The translations under genes and the position numbers were made by a program. This document shows positions 25,424-37,905 of a stretch of 64,000 bases of DNA, one piece after another. The number at the start of each line of letters is the position of its first letter. Position 1 is the first letter of the stretch. The DNA lies in assembly GCF_003790525.1 (NCBI RefSeq), contig NZ_CP033635.1; one strand, given 5' to 3'. Source of the stretch: Escherichia coli. Lineage in GTDB: Bacteria; Pseudomonadota; Gammaproteobacteria; Enterobacterales; Enterobacteriaceae. A model generated the notes under the pieces. It saw nothing but the letters and a program-made list of their open reading frames with translations, was not told the origin of the DNA and ran no database searches.

Positions 25424-26668
25424 ATGGCAACACTAACCACCACCCAAACGTCACCGTCGCTGCTTGGCGGCGTGGTGATTATCGGCGGCACCATTATTGG
25501 CGCAGGGATGTTTTCTCTGCCAGTGGTCATGTCCGGGGCGTGGTTCTTCTGGTCAATGGCGGCGCTGATCTTTACCTGGTTCTGTATGCTGCATTCCGGC
25601 TTGATGATTCTGGAAGCTAACCTGAATTATCGAATCGGTTCGAGCTTTGACACCATCACCAAAGACCTGCTCGGCAAAGGCTGGAACGTAGTCAACGGCA
25701 TTTCCATTGCCTTTGTGCTCTATATCCTGACTTACGCCTATATTTCTGCCAGCGGTTCGATTCTGCATCACACCTTCGCGGAGATGTCGCTGAACGTCCC
25801 TGCACGGGCAGCTGGATTTGGTTTTGCACTACTGGTGGCGTTTGTGGTGTGGTTGAGCACCAAAGCGGTCAGCCGGATGACGGCGATTGTGCTGGGGGCG
25901 AAAGTCATTACGTTTTTCCTCACCTTCGGTAGCCTGCTGGGACATGTGCAGCCAACGACCTTGTTCAACGTTGCCGAAAGCAATGCGTCTTATGCGCCGT
26001 ATCTGCTGATGACACTGCCATTCTGTCTGGCATCTTTTGGTTATCACGGTAACGTGCCGAGCCTGATGAAGTATTACGGCAAAGATCCGAAAACCATCGT
26101 GAAATGCCTGGTGTACGGTACGCTGATGGCGCTGGCGCTGTATACCATCTGGTTGCTGGCGACGATGGGCAACATCCCTCGTCCGGAGTTTATCGGCATC
26201 GCCGAGAAGGGCGGTAATATTGATGTGCTGGTACAGGCGTTAAGCGGCGTGCTGAACAGCCGTAGCCTGGATCTGCTGCTGGTTGTGTTCTCAAACTTTG
26301 CGGTAGCGAGTTCGTTCCTCGGCGTTACGCTGGGTTTGTTTGACTATCTGGCAGATCTGTTTGGTTTCGATGACTCGGCTATGGGCCGCTTGAAAACAGC
26401 GTTGCTGACCTTTGCCCCGCCTGTTGTGGGTGGCCTGCTGTTTCCTAACGGATTCCTGTACGCCATTGGTTATGCTGGCTTAGCGGCTACCATCTGGGCG
26501 GCAATTGTTCCGGCGCTGTTGGCCCGCGCATCGCGTAAACGCTTTGGTAGCCCGAAATTCCGCGTCTGGGGCGGCAAGCCGATGATTATGCTGATTCTGG
26601 TATTTGGCGTTGGCAACGCACTGGTCCATATCTTATCGAGCTTTAATTTGCTGCCGGTGTATCAGTAA
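25424..26668 (+). CDS. mtr: Tryptophan-specific permease (HAAAP family)
   Basis: 414-aa polytopic [47 protein letters not shown]... Confidence 0.95.
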   Translation: MATLTTTQTSPSLLGGVVIIGGTIIGAGMFSLPVVMSGAWFFWSMAALIFTWFCMLHSGLMILEANLNYRIGSSFDTITKDLLGKGWNVVNGISIAFVLYILTYAYISASGSILHHTFAEMSLNVPARAAGFGFALLVAFVVWLSTKAVSRMTAIVLGAKVITFFLTFGSLLGHVQPTTLFNVAESNASYAPYLLMTLPFCLASFGYHGNVPSLMKYYGKDPKTIVKCLVYGTLMALALYTIWLLATMGNIPRPEFIGIAEKGGNIDVLVQALSGVLNSRSLDLLLVVFSNFAVASSFLGVTLGLFDYLADLFGFDDSAMGRLKTALLTFAPPVVGGLLFPNGFLYAIGYAGLAATIWAAIVPALLARASRKRFGSPKFRVWGGKPMIMLILVFGVGNALVHILSSFNLLPVYQ

Positions 26669-26675
26669 TCAGCGG

Positions 26676-26775
26676 TGCCTTATCCGACATTTCTGCTGCC
26701 TACACAATGCCTGATGCGCTTCGCTTATCAGGAATTGTGTAGGACAGCGTTGCCATCTCGGATAAGGCTTCCTAC
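26676..26775. repeat. Nested palindromic REP-like element between convergent mtr and yhbW
   Basis: GCCTTATCCGA ... TCGGATAAGGC and CCTACACAAT ... ATTGTGTAGG inverted repeats around GCCTGATGCGCTTCGCTTATCAGG. Confidence 0.6.
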
Positions 26776-26786
26776 GTTAAAACACA

Positions 26787-27794
26787 CTACCCCAATAATT
26801 CTTCCTTCACATCCATCACCAGCTCAAACGAATGCAGGCGCGCCTGGTGGTCGAAAATCTGCCCGTTAACCATAATTTCATCGGCGTCGGTTTCGCGCAG
26901 GATCGACTGCAAGCCATGACGCACTTTCGCTTTATCGCCCACCAGCGACATACTCAGCGCCTGCTGCACACCATACTGTTCGGACGGCGACCAGAACTGA
27001 TCCATATTTTGAATCGGTGGCGGCAGTTGCCCGGTTTCGCCGCGGCGCAGCTTCACAAAGGCTTGCTGCATTGAGGTAAACAGGAATTCGGCATCGCGGT
27101 TGCTGTCGGCGGCGATAATATTGATGCACACCATCGCATACGGTTTCTCCAACCGTGCCGACGGTTTGAAGTTGCTGCGATAAAGATGCAGCGCCTGGAA
27201 CAACATATCCGGCGCGAAGTGTGAGGCAAACGCAAACGGCAGACCAAGCTGCGCCGCCAGTTGCGCGCTGTAAAGGCTGGAGCCTAACAACCACACGGGG
27301 ATTTTCTCGCCATAGCCTGGTACCGGGCGCACATGCGGATTGGGATCGCGGGCGTCAAACCAGTCCACCAGTTCCGCGACATCGCGGGGGAAATTATCAA
27401 TATCGCCGCTCATATGACGACGCAGCGCCATCATGGTTCGCTGATCGCTACCCGGCGCGCGGCCCAGCCCCAAATCGATTCGCCCCGGATAGAGCGTATT
27501 GAGCGTGCCGAATTGTTCGGCGATCACCAACGGTGAGTGGTTAGGCAACATCACGCCGCCAGACCCCAGATGCAGCGTGGTGGTATTCGCCGCCAGATAG
27601 CCAATTAACACCGACGTTGCAGCACTGGCAATACCGGTCATATTGTGGTGTTCTGCCAGCCAGTAGCGATGATAGCCGTGCTTTTCAGCCAGACGGGCGA
27701 GATCGAGAGAGTGGGAGAACGCTTCTCGCGCTGAAGAGCCTTCGGGGATGGGGGCCAGATCGAGTAGCGAAAACGCAATGGTTTTATCAGTCAT
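26787..27794 (-). CDS. yhbW: Luciferase-like (flavin-dependent) monooxygenase family protein
   Basis: 335-aa [53 protein letters not shown]... Confidence 0.88.
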   Translation of the reverse strand: MTDKTIAFSLLDLAPIPEGSSAREAFSHSLDLARLAEKHGYHRYWLAEHHNMTGIASAATSVLIGYLAANTTTLHLGSGGVMLPNHSPLVIAEQFGTLNTLYPGRIDLGLGRAPGSDQRTMMALRRHMSGDIDNFPRDVAELVDWFDARDPNPHVRPVPGYGEKIPVWLLGSSLYSAQLAAQLGLPFAFASHFAPDMLFQALHLYRSNFKPSARLEKPYAMVCINIIAADSNRDAEFLFTSMQQAFVKLRRGETGQLPPPIQNMDQFWSPSEQYGVQQALSMSLVGDKAKVRHGLQSILRETDADEIMVNGQIFDHQARLHSFELVMDVKEELLG

Positions 27795-27874
27795 AACAGC
27801 TCACTTTGTTACCGATTAATCTTTAATACTGCATTAAAGAGTAGTTAAAGTTGTTAACAAAGTGAGCTATATAC

Positions 27875-28753
27875 TTACGCTTGCAGCTCCAGCCCGGCCA
27901 GCCGCCGCCAGTAGCCGTTACAATCGCTGTTTGCCGTCAACGGCAGTGGTGCAGCGCCATTTTCATTGGCGCGGAAGGCGTCGAGCATTGCGAAAGTGTC
28001 AGTACCCTGCGGTGACAGGCGGACCACATCGACCAGCCCCTGCATGGATGTCAGCTCGTTACCGAGGTTGTAAACGTAGCCGCTCATGGTCTGAATGCCA
28101 TTGAGTACAAACACTTGTTGGTTTTCCTGCGATAGCACGTTGCGCCCGTTCGGATACTTAATGCAGCAGGTTTCACACTCATCTTTCGGGCGGTCTTCCG
28201 AACGCGCGGTAAAGCAGCGGGCGGAGTAGGCCAGCGGCAGATGACCGTAGCTCAGGACTTCCACTTCAAACTGGTTGCGAATGCCCAGCTCATCGCACTG
28301 ATTAAGCAGATTCACCAACCAGTCGCGGGAAAGCTCCACCGGCATACACCAGCGCATCATGCCCTGTTTGAGCAATATTTTCAGCGTCACCGCGTTGTAG
28401 CAGTTCAGCGCGTGCCCGGCGACGAACGGCAGTTTGCGTTCAGCGCACATATTCACCACGCCGAGATCGCTGGCTTCAATCAGAAACTCACCGTTCTCAA
28501 CATAGCGTTTCAGTTCGCCCAGTTCGGAGGATGCCTGCACCAGTGCCAGCGTGGAGAGCACAATCTGCTTGCCACTTCCGGCGAGCGATTTTGCCATCTC
28601 CAGCCAGTCGCCAACTTTGGTTGCCCGGCGTTTGCTACAGACCGCTTCACCAAGATAAATCACGTCGGCGCTGCTGGCGGCGGCCTGCTGATAAAATTCT
28701 TCCAGCGTCTCTTTTGGCCAGTACCACAGCACTGGCCCTAAGGAATATTTCAT
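27875..28753 (-). CDS. ubiV: U32-family protein UbiV (YhbV), O2-independent ubiquinone biosynthesis
   Basis: ORF from ATG at 28753 (MKYSLGPVLWYWPKETLEEFYQQ...), 292 aa; ORF track start 28771 is an in-frame upstream ATG. Confidence 0.82.
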   Translation of the reverse strand: MKYSLGPVLWYWPKETLEEFYQQAAASSADVIYLGEAVCSKRRATKVGDWLEMAKSLAGSGKQIVLSTLALVQASSELGELKRYVENGEFLIEASDLGVVNMCAERKLPFVAGHALNCYNAVTLKILLKQGMMRWCMPVELSRDWLVNLLNQCDELGIRNQFEVEVLSYGHLPLAYSARCFTARSEDRPKDECETCCIKYPNGRNVLSQENQQVFVLNGIQTMSGYVYNLGNELTSMQGLVDVVRLSPQGTDTFAMLDAFRANENGAAPLPLTANSDCNGYWRRLAGLELQA

Positions 28754-28761
28754 TGCTTTTC

Positions 28762-29757
28762 TCACTGCCATTTACGGTGATACGCGCCAAGGGTGGTCTG
28801 CGTGCCTTCGGACATCGACCCGAGCGTCTCCATCCACGCGCTTTGCGGTATGAAGTTTTGCGGATCGGCCTTACAACGGTCGATAGCCTGACGCCAGACT
28901 TTCGCCACCTGGCTGACATACGCCGGGCTACGCTGGCGGCCTTCAATTTTCACCGAAGCAATATTCGCTGCCATTAACTCCGGCAGCAGTTCCAGGGTAT
29001 TGAGACTGGTGGGTTCTTCCAGCGCGTGATAGCGCTCGCCGTCCACCAGATAACGCCCTTTACACAGCGTCGGATAACCTGCGTTTTCGCCGTCCTGATA
29101 ACGGTCGATCAGCACTTCGTTCAGGCGGGATTCCAGCCCCTGCGGCGTTTGTTGCCAGCGCACGAAACGGGCCGGAGAACACGCACCCACAGTGTTGGGC
29201 GACTCACCCGTCAGATACGACGACAGATAGCAACGACCTTCCGACATAATGCACAGGCTGCCGAAAGCAAAGACTTCCAGTGGTACAGGTGTGACCCGTG
29301 CCAGTTGTTTCACCTGATGAATCGACAACACGCGCGGCAGCACCACGCGGGCAACGTCAAAATGGCGATGATAAAAGTTAATCGCCTCTTCATTGGTCGC
29401 CGAAGCCTGCACTGACACATGACGCTCAATATGCGGGTAACGCTCGGCGGCGTACTCCAGCATGGCGAGGTCGGCGAGGATCAGCGCGTCGGCACCCAGC
29501 TGCGCCGCCATATCCACGGCGCGCTGCCAGCGGGCGTAACCGTCCGGATGCGCAAAAGTGTTAATCGCGATGTGAAGTTTGCGGCGATGTTGATGGACAA
29601 AACTCACCGCTTCCTGCAATTTTTTCTCGGTAAAGTTAAGGCCGGCGAAGTGACGGGCATTGGTATCATCTTTTAGCCCGATATAAACAGCATCTGCGCC
29701 GTTTTCGATGGCCGCCTTAAGCGCCGGGAGATTTCCGGCAGGGCAGAGCAGCTCCAT
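28762..29757 (-). CDS. ubiU: U32-family protein UbiU (YhbU), O2-independent ubiquinone biosynthesis
   Basis: ORF from ATG at 29757 (MELLCPAGNLPALKAAIENGADAVYIGLKDD...), 331 aa; 8-nt gap to ubiV. Confidence 0.82.
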   Translation of the reverse strand: MELLCPAGNLPALKAAIENGADAVYIGLKDDTNARHFAGLNFTEKKLQEAVSFVHQHRRKLHIAINTFAHPDGYARWQRAVDMAAQLGADALILADLAMLEYAAERYPHIERHVSVQASATNEEAINFYHRHFDVARVVLPRVLSIHQVKQLARVTPVPLEVFAFGSLCIMSEGRCYLSSYLTGESPNTVGACSPARFVRWQQTPQGLESRLNEVLIDRYQDGENAGYPTLCKGRYLVDGERYHALEEPTSLNTLELLPELMAANIASVKIEGRQRSPAYVSQVAKVWRQAIDRCKADPQNFIPQSAWMETLGSMSEGTQTTLGAYHRKWQ

Positions 29758-29965
29758 AATTTTTCCTGAAGGTTGCGCTATCAAAGCGCAAAAATGTTAA
29801 CGAACTGGGATTTTAGTTAACCTTGCTGCGACAATTTTTGATTTAAGGCAGTTAAAGTTGTATTGGTGGTAGCAGCAATTTCATATGGAATTGTTGATTT
29901 ATACCGCTATGTTATTTTTCTGATATGGCAAAATAGGATGATTGTTGAAACAGGGAGTAAAACTC

Positions 29966-30490
29966 GTGTTGGATAAACTGCGTTCCCGTATTGTGCATTT
30001 GGGGCCATCTCTGTTGAGTGTACCGGTAAAACTGACGCCATTTGCGCTAAAACGCCAGGTTCTTGAGCAGGTCTTAAGCTGGCAATTCCGCCAGGCGTTG
30101 GATGATGGCGAGCTGGAGTTTCTTGAAGGCCGCTGGTTAAGTATTCATGTGCGTGATATTGACCTGCAATGGTTTACCTCGGTGGTGAATGGCAAACTGG
30201 TCGTTAGCCAGAACGCGCAAGCTGATGTGAGTTTTAGTGCCGACGCCAGCGATCTGCTGATGATTGCGGCGCGTAAACAAGATCCGGATACGCTCTTCTT
30301 CCAACGTCGGCTGGTGATTGAAGGCGATACGGAGCTGGGGTTATATGTGAAAAACCTGATGGACGCCATTGAACTGGAGCAAATGCCGAAAGCCTTACGC
30401 ATGATGCTGCTGCAACTGGCGGATTTTGTTGAGGCGGGAATGAAAACCGCGCCTGAAACCAAACAGACATCGGTAGGTGAACCATGCTAA
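29966..30490 (+). CDS. ubiT: SCP2-domain lipid-binding protein UbiT (YhbT)
   Basis: ORF (V/M)LDKLRSRIVHLGPSLLSVPVKLTPFALKRQVLEQVLSW...; GTG 29966 preceded by GGAG 7 nt upstream gives 174 aa; ORF also extends in frame to TTG 29942. Confidence 0.78.
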   Translation: MLDKLRSRIVHLGPSLLSVPVKLTPFALKRQVLEQVLSWQFRQALDDGELEFLEGRWLSIHVRDIDLQWFTSVVNGKLVVSQNAQADVSFSADASDLLMIAARKQDPDTLFFQRRLVIEGDTELGLYVKNLMDAIELEQMPKALRMMLLQLADFVEAGMKTAPETKQTSVGEPC

Positions 30491-30987
30491 TTCGAGTAGA
30501 AATTCCCATTGATGCGCCGGGTATTGATGCCCTGCTGCGTCGTTCATTCGAAAGTGATGCGGAAGCGAAGCTGGTTCACGATCTGCGTGAAGATGGCTTT
30601 CTGACGCTGGGGCTGGTGGCGACAGATGACGAAGGTCAGGTCATTGGCTATGTGGCATTTAGTCCGGTTGATGTGCAGGGCGAAGACCTGCAATGGGTCG
30701 GCATGGCACCGCTGGCGGTAGATGAAAAATACCGTGGACAGGGGCTGGCACGCCAACTGGTCTATGAAGGACTCGATTCGCTTAATGAGTTCGGCTATGC
30801 CGCAGTGGTGACGCTGGGCGATCCGGCGCTGTACAGCCGTTTCGGCTTTGAACTGGCGGCACATCACGATCTGCGTTGCCGCTGGCCGGGCACTGAAAGT
30901 GCCTTCCAGGTACATCGTTTAGCGGATGACGCGCTGAACGGTGTAACTGGTCTGGTTGAGTATCACGAGCACTTCAATCGCTTTTAA
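30484..30987 (+). CDS. yhbS: GNAT-family N-acetyltransferase
   Basis: 167-aa [44 protein letters not shown]...; overlaps ubiT stop by 7 nt. Confidence 0.88.
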   Translation: MLIRVEIPIDAPGIDALLRRSFESDAEAKLVHDLREDGFLTLGLVATDDEGQVIGYVAFSPVDVQGEDLQWVGMAPLAVDEKYRGQGLARQLVYEGLDSLNEFGYAAVVTLGDPALYSRFGFELAAHHDLRCRWPGTESAFQVHRLADDALNGVTGLVEYHEHFNRF

Positions 30988-31276
30988 TCTTTGGGGTTTG
31001 CAGGCTGCTCAACAGTTCTGCAAACCCTGCGCCTTCCGCTACCAGACGCTCTTTTTGCCGTTTGGTCAGTTGCTTAACGCGATATTCCGCCCGTAGTGCC
31101 AGCGAACGATCGCCCACTGGCGCGGAAAACGCCAGCGTCAGTTCTCCTTTCCCGCGCAGTGCTTTCGCCCCTTTGCCGCTTTGGTGCTGCTGATAGCGGC
31201 GTTCGACATCTGTGGTGATCCCGGTATAAAGCTTATTGTCGGCGGTACGGATCAAGTAAAGAAACCAGGGTGTCAT
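30974..31276 (-). CDS. yhbQ: GIY-YIG domain protein (putative endonuclease)
   Basis: 100-aa [47 protein letters not shown]...; 3' end overlaps yhbS 3' end by 14 nt (convergent). Confidence 0.88.
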   Translation of the reverse strand: MTPWFLYLIRTADNKLYTGITTDVERRYQQHQSGKGAKALRGKGELTLAFSAPVGDRSLALRAEYRVKQLTKRQKERLVAEGAGFAELLSSLQTPKIKSD

Positions 31277-31326
31277 CGTCTGCGTCGCATGTTAAGGTCA
31301 GGCCCACAGTATAAAAGAGAACAGCA

Positions 31327-31749
31327 ATGGAAACACTCACCGCCATCAGCCGTTGGCTGGCAAAACAACATGTTGTCACCTGGTGTGTGCAGCAGGAAGG
31401 GGAACTGTGGTGCGCTAATGCCTTTTATCTTTTTGATGCGCAGAAAGTCGCCTTCTACATTTTGACGGAAGAAAAAACGCGCCACGCGCAGATGAGTGGG
31501 CCGCAGGCGGCAGTTGCCGGAACGGTAAACGGTCAGCCGAAAACGGTAGCGTTAATTCGCGGCGTGCAATTTAAAGGCGAGATCCGCAGGCTTGAAGGTG
31601 AGGAAAGCGAGCGTGCGCGCCAGGCGTACAATCGTCGCTTTCCGGTTGCCAGAATGCTGTCGGCACCGGTGTGGGAAATCCGGCTTGATGAAATCAAATT
31701 CACCGACAACACGCTGGGCTTTGGTAAAAAAATGATCTGGCTACGTAAC

Positions 31750-31770
<21 letters not shown>
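31327..31770 (+). CDS. yhbP: PNPOx-like FMN-binding family protein
   Basis: 147-aa [53 protein letters not shown]... Confidence 0.88.
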
Positions 31771-32280
<510 letters not shown>

Positions 32281-32281
32281 A

Positions 32282-33031
<750 letters not shown>

Positions 33032-33103
33032 TTATTCCCAAGAAATGATAGTGAGCGTAATATTCACGCGCTCAATTATCATATCTTATTCCTGGGGAAT
33101 GCT

Positions 33104-34144
33104 ATGACTGGTCAGTCTTCATCTCAGGCGGCAACGCCCATTCAGTGGTGGAAACCCGCGCTTTTCTTTCTCGTTGTCATTGCTGGTCTCTGGTATGTGA
33201 AATGGCAACCTTACTACGGCAAAGCGTTTACTGCTGCCGAAACCCACAGTATCGGTAAATCTATCCTTGCGCAGGCGGATGCTAATCCGTGGCAGGCGGC
33301 GTTGGATTACGCGATGATCTATTTCCTCGCGGTATGGAAAGCGGCGGTGCTGGGCGTACTGCTCGGGTCGTTGATTCAGGTGCTGATCCCGCGTGACTGG
33401 TTATTGCGTACGCTTGGGCAATCGCGCTTTCGCGGCACGCTGCTGGGAACGCTGTTTTCGCTGCCGGGCATGATGTGTACCTGCTGTGCGGCTCCGGTCG
33501 CGGCGGGAATGCGTCGCCAACAGGTGTCGATGGGCGGTGCGCTGGCATTCTGGATGGGGAATCCGTTGTTAAACCCGGCGACGCTGGTGTTTATGGGGTT
33601 CGTCCTCGGCTGGGGTTTTGCGGCGATTCGTCTGGTGGCGGGGCTGGTGATGGTGTTGCTGATTGCGACGCTGGTGCAAAAATGGGTGCGTGAAACACCG
33701 CAAACGCAGGCACCGGTCGAAATTGACATACCGGAAGCACAGGGAGGATTTTTTAGCCGCTGGGGCAGGGCGCTATGGACGCTTTTCTGGAGTACAATCC
33801 CGGTTTACATCCTTGCAGTACTGGTGTTGGGTGCCGCTCGCGTCTGGCTATTCCCCCATGCCGATGGTGCTGTCGATAACAGCCTGATGTGGGTGGTGGC
33901 GATGGCGGTGGCAGGATGCTTGTTTGTCATTCCCACGGCAGCAGAAATTCCGATTGTACAAACGATGATACTGGCAGGCATGGGAACCGCTCCGGCGCTG
34001 GCATTGTTGATGACGCTCCCGGCGGTGAGTTTGCCGTCACTGATTATGTTGCGTAAAGCGTTCCCGGCGAAAGCCTTATGGCTGACGGGGGCGATGGTGG
34101 CAGTGTCTGGTGTGATTGTCGGCGGGTTGGCGCTGTTGGCTTGA
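33104..34144 (+). CDS. yraQ: Putative permease (multi-pass membrane protein)
   Basis: 346-aa hydrophobic ORF MTGQSSSQAATPIQWWKPALFFLVVIAGLWYVKW... Confidence 0.88.
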   Translation: MTGQSSSQAATPIQWWKPALFFLVVIAGLWYVKWQPYYGKAFTAAETHSIGKSILAQADANPWQAALDYAMIYFLAVWKAAVLGVLLGSLIQVLIPRDWLLRTLGQSRFRGTLLGTLFSLPGMMCTCCAAPVAAGMRRQQVSMGGALAFWMGNPLLNPATLVFMGFVLGWGFAAIRLVAGLVMVLLIATLVQKWVRETPQTQAPVEIDIPEAQGGFFSRWGRALWTLFWSTIPVYILAVLVLGAARVWLFPHADGAVDNSLMWVVAMAVAGCLFVIPTAAEIPIVQTMILAGMGTAPALALLMTLPAVSLPSLIMLRKAFPAKALWLTGAMVAVSGVIVGGLALLA

Positions 34145-34159
34145 TTTGAGGGAAAACAT

Positions 34160-34248
34160 GTCGGATGCGGCGTAAACGCCTTATCCGACCTACGGTTTGC
34201 ATCGTTGTAGGCCTGATAAGACGCTGCAAGCGTCGCATCAGGCATTAC
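34160..34248. repeat. REP/BIME element between convergent yraQ and dolP
   Basis: GTCGGATGCGGCGTAAACGCCTTATCCGACCTAC and inverted GTAGGCCTGATAAGACGCTGCAAGCGTCGCATCAGGC. Confidence 0.7.
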
Positions 34249-34256
34249 AAGGGCTG

Positions 34257-34832
34257 CTATTTAATAAACGTAAACGCCGTAGTTACACGCTTTACGCCGC
34301 TCACCCGGCTGGCAATATCTGCCGCCGCTTTCGCTTCACGTTCAGTCACCAGCCCCATCAGGAACACTTCACCGTTTTCGGTGGTCACTTTCACGTTGGA
34401 CGATTTCACCAGGTCGCTGGTTAACAGCTGCGAACGCACTTTGGTGGTGATCCACGTATCGTTAGACGCTTCGCCCAGACCAATCGGCTGGCCCTGACGA
34501 ATCTCGTTATACACTTCGTTGGCACCGTCTACGCCCATCGCAATTTGTTTAGCGCGAGCCGAAAGTTCAGCGTTTGGTGACTGCCCAACCAACAGCACTT
34601 TGCCCTGATACGCCGTGACATTAATACGGGTTTCTTTCTTAATCTGTTCGTCTTTCGACAATGCGCTGTTCACGCGCACTTCCAGGGTACCATCGTCCAC
34701 CTGGGTGCCGACACTGCGTGGGTCAGTTGCGGCTTTGGTACCTACAGCAGCGGTACCCACTACGGCAGCGGCAACACAACCTTGCAACAGCAGCGCGGAA
34801 AGAAGGACTGCGATTGGCGATAATGCCTTCAT
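34257..34832 (-). CDS. dolP: BON-domain outer-membrane lipoprotein DolP (YraP)
   Basis: 191-aa ORF MKALSPIAVLLSALLLQGCVAAAVVGTAAVGT... with lipobox and two BON-like repeats. Confidence 0.9.
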   Translation of the reverse strand: MKALSPIAVLLSALLLQGCVAAAVVGTAAVGTKAATDPRSVGTQVDDGTLEVRVNSALSKDEQIKKETRINVTAYQGKVLLVGQSPNAELSARAKQIAMGVDGANEVYNEIRQGQPIGLGEASNDTWITTKVRSQLLTSDLVKSSNVKVTTENGEVFLMGLVTEREAKAAADIASRVSGVKRVTTAFTFIK

Positions 34833-34841
34833 GTATTCTCC

Positions 34842-35432
34842 TTAAACATCCTGGTGAGGGAAAAGCGTGTTATCGATCAGATCGCACAGGCAATTTACCG
34901 TCAGCATATGCATTTCCTGAATGCGAGCACTACGATGCGAAGGAATGCGGATCTCCACATCCTGTGGCCCTAACAAACCTGCAAGTTCACCGCCGTCATA
35001 GCCGGTTAATGCCACAATGGTCATATCACGCGTAACGGCAGCTTCTACCGCTTTTACAATATCGCGGCTGTTGCCACGGGTGGAAATGGCTAACAATACA
35101 TCTCCCGCATGACCCAGCGCCCGCACCTGTTTTGCATACACTTCATCATGTAAGCGATCGTTGGCAATCGCCGTTAAGACAACATTATCAGTATTTAGTG
35201 CAATGGCAGGTAAGCTGGGCCGCTCCGTTTCGAAACGGTTGATCATGCTGGCAGCAAAATGCTGTGCATTGGCAGCGGAAGTTCCATTACCACAACAGAG
35301 GATTTTGTTGCCATTGAGCAGAGACTGAACCAGCGTCATAGCTGCACGCGAGATGGCATCCGGAAGCGCCTCTGCCGCCGCAATTTGAGTTTGAATGCTT
35401 TCAGTGAAGCAAGCTTTAATTCTTTCTTGCAC
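34842..35432 (-). CDS. diaA: DnaA initiator-associating protein DiaA (SIS domain)
   Basis: 196-aa [63 protein letters not shown]... Confidence 0.93.
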
Positions 35433-35451
35433 GCTAATCCTTAAACCTTAA

Positions 35452-35847
35452 TTATGAGTGGTCATTAAAGGCATCCTTAATCCACTCAACCTCATTCCCG
35501 GTGAAGGCTACCACATCGAACCGGCAATCCACAGTATCAAAACTCCCATTATGACGCGCGAGCCACAAGCGGGCAGTCTGTAATAATTTGTGTTGTTTGC
35601 TGCGGGTCACACTGGCTGCCGCGCCGCCATAAAGCGCAGAGCGGCGGTAACGCACCTCGACAAAAACGGTGGTCCTGCCTTCACGCATTATCAGATCGAT
35701 CTCGCCGCCACGCTCGTTCACGTTAGCGGCGATAAACCGCAGTCCTTTGCCTTCCAGCCAGCGACGCGCTTGTGCTTCCCACGCATCGCCGGTCTGTTTG
35801 GTGGTTAACTGGCGGGGACTACCTGACCTTGTTGGTACTGTAGCCAT
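35452..35847 (-). CDS. yraN: UPF0102 family protein YraN
   Basis: 131-aa [57 protein letters not shown]...; start lies 43 nt inside the 3' end of lpoA. Confidence 0.88.
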   Translation of the reverse strand: MATVPTRSGSPRQLTTKQTGDAWEAQARRWLEGKGLRFIAANVNERGGEIDLIMREGRTTVFVEVRYRRSALYGGAAASVTRSKQHKLLQTARLWLARHNGSFDTVDCRFDVVAFTGNEVEWIKDAFNDHS

Positions 35848-37841
35848 GATAACTTCCTGTTAATCACGCAATCCGGGTTAGCCGTCAGACTTCCGGTATT
35901 ACCGTTGATTTCAAAACCCTGAACCTGGCGCATTTGTGAGAAATGATTTGCCAACGACCAGGCATCGACGCCCATCGCATACATGCGAGCCAGCGAATAA
36001 TCGTTGTTCACCGCGCTGAGCGCCTGCTGCATTAACGGCAGATTACCGCCTGCCAGCATCGGGATTTCGCTGTACTGCAAGCCTTCCATCTCCAGGCGGA
36101 AATCCGGGCCAGCGGTCCCTTGCGCACTGCGGGAGCTGGCGTACAGCGTTGCACCGCTCTGGCTACCGTTACGCATGGCGATCATTGGTTTGATAAAAGC
36201 GATTTCACCCGGCGTTGCCACAATGTACACCGCATCGACACGACCGCCATTATTGGTGAACTGGTCATCGGTTGGCGTGGTTTGCAGCGTTGGATTGTTG
36301 GTCGTCATGCCGGAGTCGGTTGTTTCTCTGGGAGTAATCGGGCTACCCGTTAAAGCAATACCAGAACCGCCGTTAACACCCGCGCGTAATTCGCTGGTGG
36401 AACCAAATTTTTGTTGCAGAACGGTGCCGCCACCCAGTTTCTGCCACTCTTGCGCAAACGCATTGGCTACGCGATCGCCCAATGAACTGCGTGGGATCAG
36501 CACCAGCGGCGCTTGTTTACCCTGGTCACGAATATGACGCGCTGCATCGCGCGCTTCGTCTTCCGGTGAAAGCGCGAAGTAACAAATATTGACGCGGTTT
36601 TCGATATTCTCCGGCTGGTTCAGTGCCAGCACGTTCAGCGGGGTGTTGCTCTTCAGCAACTCTTCAACGTTATTTTTCAGCAACGGACCGACCACAATAC
36701 TCGCACCATCCTGCTGAACCTGGCTTAAGATCTGGCTAAGTGGTTGTGATGAGGTATCGTAGATTTTTAGCTCTGCGGATGGATTTGCGGGTGCGCTTAC
36801 CGCTGCGGTGCTTGTCGCCGGGGCGCTTACAGGCACCGGCTGGGCCGCAGGCTGCTCACCGGTCAGATCGCTAACCGAGGCTTGTGCCGGGCTGGCAACG
36901 CCATCCACGGTTTGCGGCTGAGGTTGTTCTGCTACGTCTGCGGCAGGTGCGGCAGCTACCTGGGCCGCCACTGGCTGAGTGCCGATATTTTTCGCCGCTT
37001 CAAAGCCTTGCTGAATAGTGCGACCAAATACCGCTGCCTGGCCATTCAGTGGCAACAGCAGGGCGATTTTGTTGGTCGATGCGGGTTTAAACGCTTTTAC
37101 GTTAACCAACTGCGTTGGCAGCATTTTCGCGCCCGGGTTGTTCGGATAACGTTTCTGCCAGTCGGCGATCCCGGCTTTCATCATGTCGGGATCGTTACGG
37201 TTATCAAACCAGATGCGCTGCAGATCCAACCAGCCTTGCAGAATATTTTCGTCGGCATTGATCACGAGCGTATTCGCCTGTTCCTGAGTCATGGAGGAGA
37301 GCGCCTGCCAGGTGGCGTCAATATTCTGCTGCTTTTCTTTCGCGCCGAGCAGCGGTTCCTGAGCAATTAACGCGCGCAGTAAATCAATGGAAGGACGCCC
37401 CTGGCTGGCATCGATTTTTGCCTGCCAGTAACGCGCTTGCTGGTTTTGTTCTAAATCGGCAGGTGTGATTTTCGCCAGCAAGTTTTGCGCGCCAGCAAAA
37501 TCTTTCTGCGCCAGTTTAATCTCTGCCGCCAGCAGTGTTTTCTCGCGACGCTGAGAATCGTTCAGTTCTTGCGGTAGTTGGTTAAACAACTCCACCGCCT
37601 GTCCGGTTTTACCTTCTTTCACCAGTGCATGAATGGCGAGTAATTGCCAGTTGATCCTGGTATCATCAGAACTTTGCTGCATCTGTTGCAGGTAAAAGGC
37701 AGAATCAGCCTGCGCCGTGCCCTGCATATAAGCAGTGGACTGATCGGGAGTATGGGTGCCACAACCGGCGAAAATCAGGGCTGCCAGAACAACAGGCAGA
37801 CAACGCGCGGCTTTCAAACGAGAAAATGTTGAGGGTACCAT
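35805..37841 (-). CDS. lpoA: Penicillin-binding protein activator LpoA (YraM)
   Basis: ORF from ATG at 37841 [35 protein letters not shown]..., 678 aa, lipobox FAGC, TPR-like N domain. Confidence 0.9.
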   Translation of the reverse strand: MVPSTFSRLKAARCLPVVLAALIFAGCGTHTPDQSTAYMQGTAQADSAFYLQQMQQSSDDTRINWQLLAIHALVKEGKTGQAVELFNQLPQELNDSQRREKTLLAAEIKLAQKDFAGAQNLLAKITPADLEQNQQARYWQAKIDASQGRPSIDLLRALIAQEPLLGAKEKQQNIDATWQALSSMTQEQANTLVINADENILQGWLDLQRIWFDNRNDPDMMKAGIADWQKRYPNNPGAKMLPTQLVNVKAFKPASTNKIALLLPLNGQAAVFGRTIQQGFEAAKNIGTQPVAAQVAAAPAADVAEQPQPQTVDGVASPAQASVSDLTGEQPAAQPVPVSAPATSTAAVSAPANPSAELKIYDTSSQPLSQILSQVQQDGASIVVGPLLKNNVEELLKSNTPLNVLALNQPENIENRVNICYFALSPEDEARDAARHIRDQGKQAPLVLIPRSSLGDRVANAFAQEWQKLGGGTVLQQKFGSTSELRAGVNGGSGIALTGSPITPRETTDSGMTTNNPTLQTTPTDDQFTNNGGRVDAVYIVATPGEIAFIKPMIAMRNGSQSGATLYASSRSAQGTAGPDFRLEMEGLQYSEIPMLAGGNLPLMQQALSAVNNDYSLARMYAMGVDAWSLANHFSQMRQVQGFEINGNTGSLTANPDCVINRKLSWLQYQQGQVVPAS

Positions 37842-37905
37842 AATGTATCCAGTGATATTTTTTTTACGCAATGCTCAATATTAAATCGGCAATACGGACG
37901 ACACA

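Noticed and set aside
29758-29965. FNR-box-like sequences (TTGCGCTATCAAAG, TTGATTTAAGGCAG) in the ubiU/ubiT divergent promoter
   Set aside because: Neither matches the TTGAT-N4-ATCAA spacing convincingly by eye, so they are not reported as features. A matrix scan would be needed.
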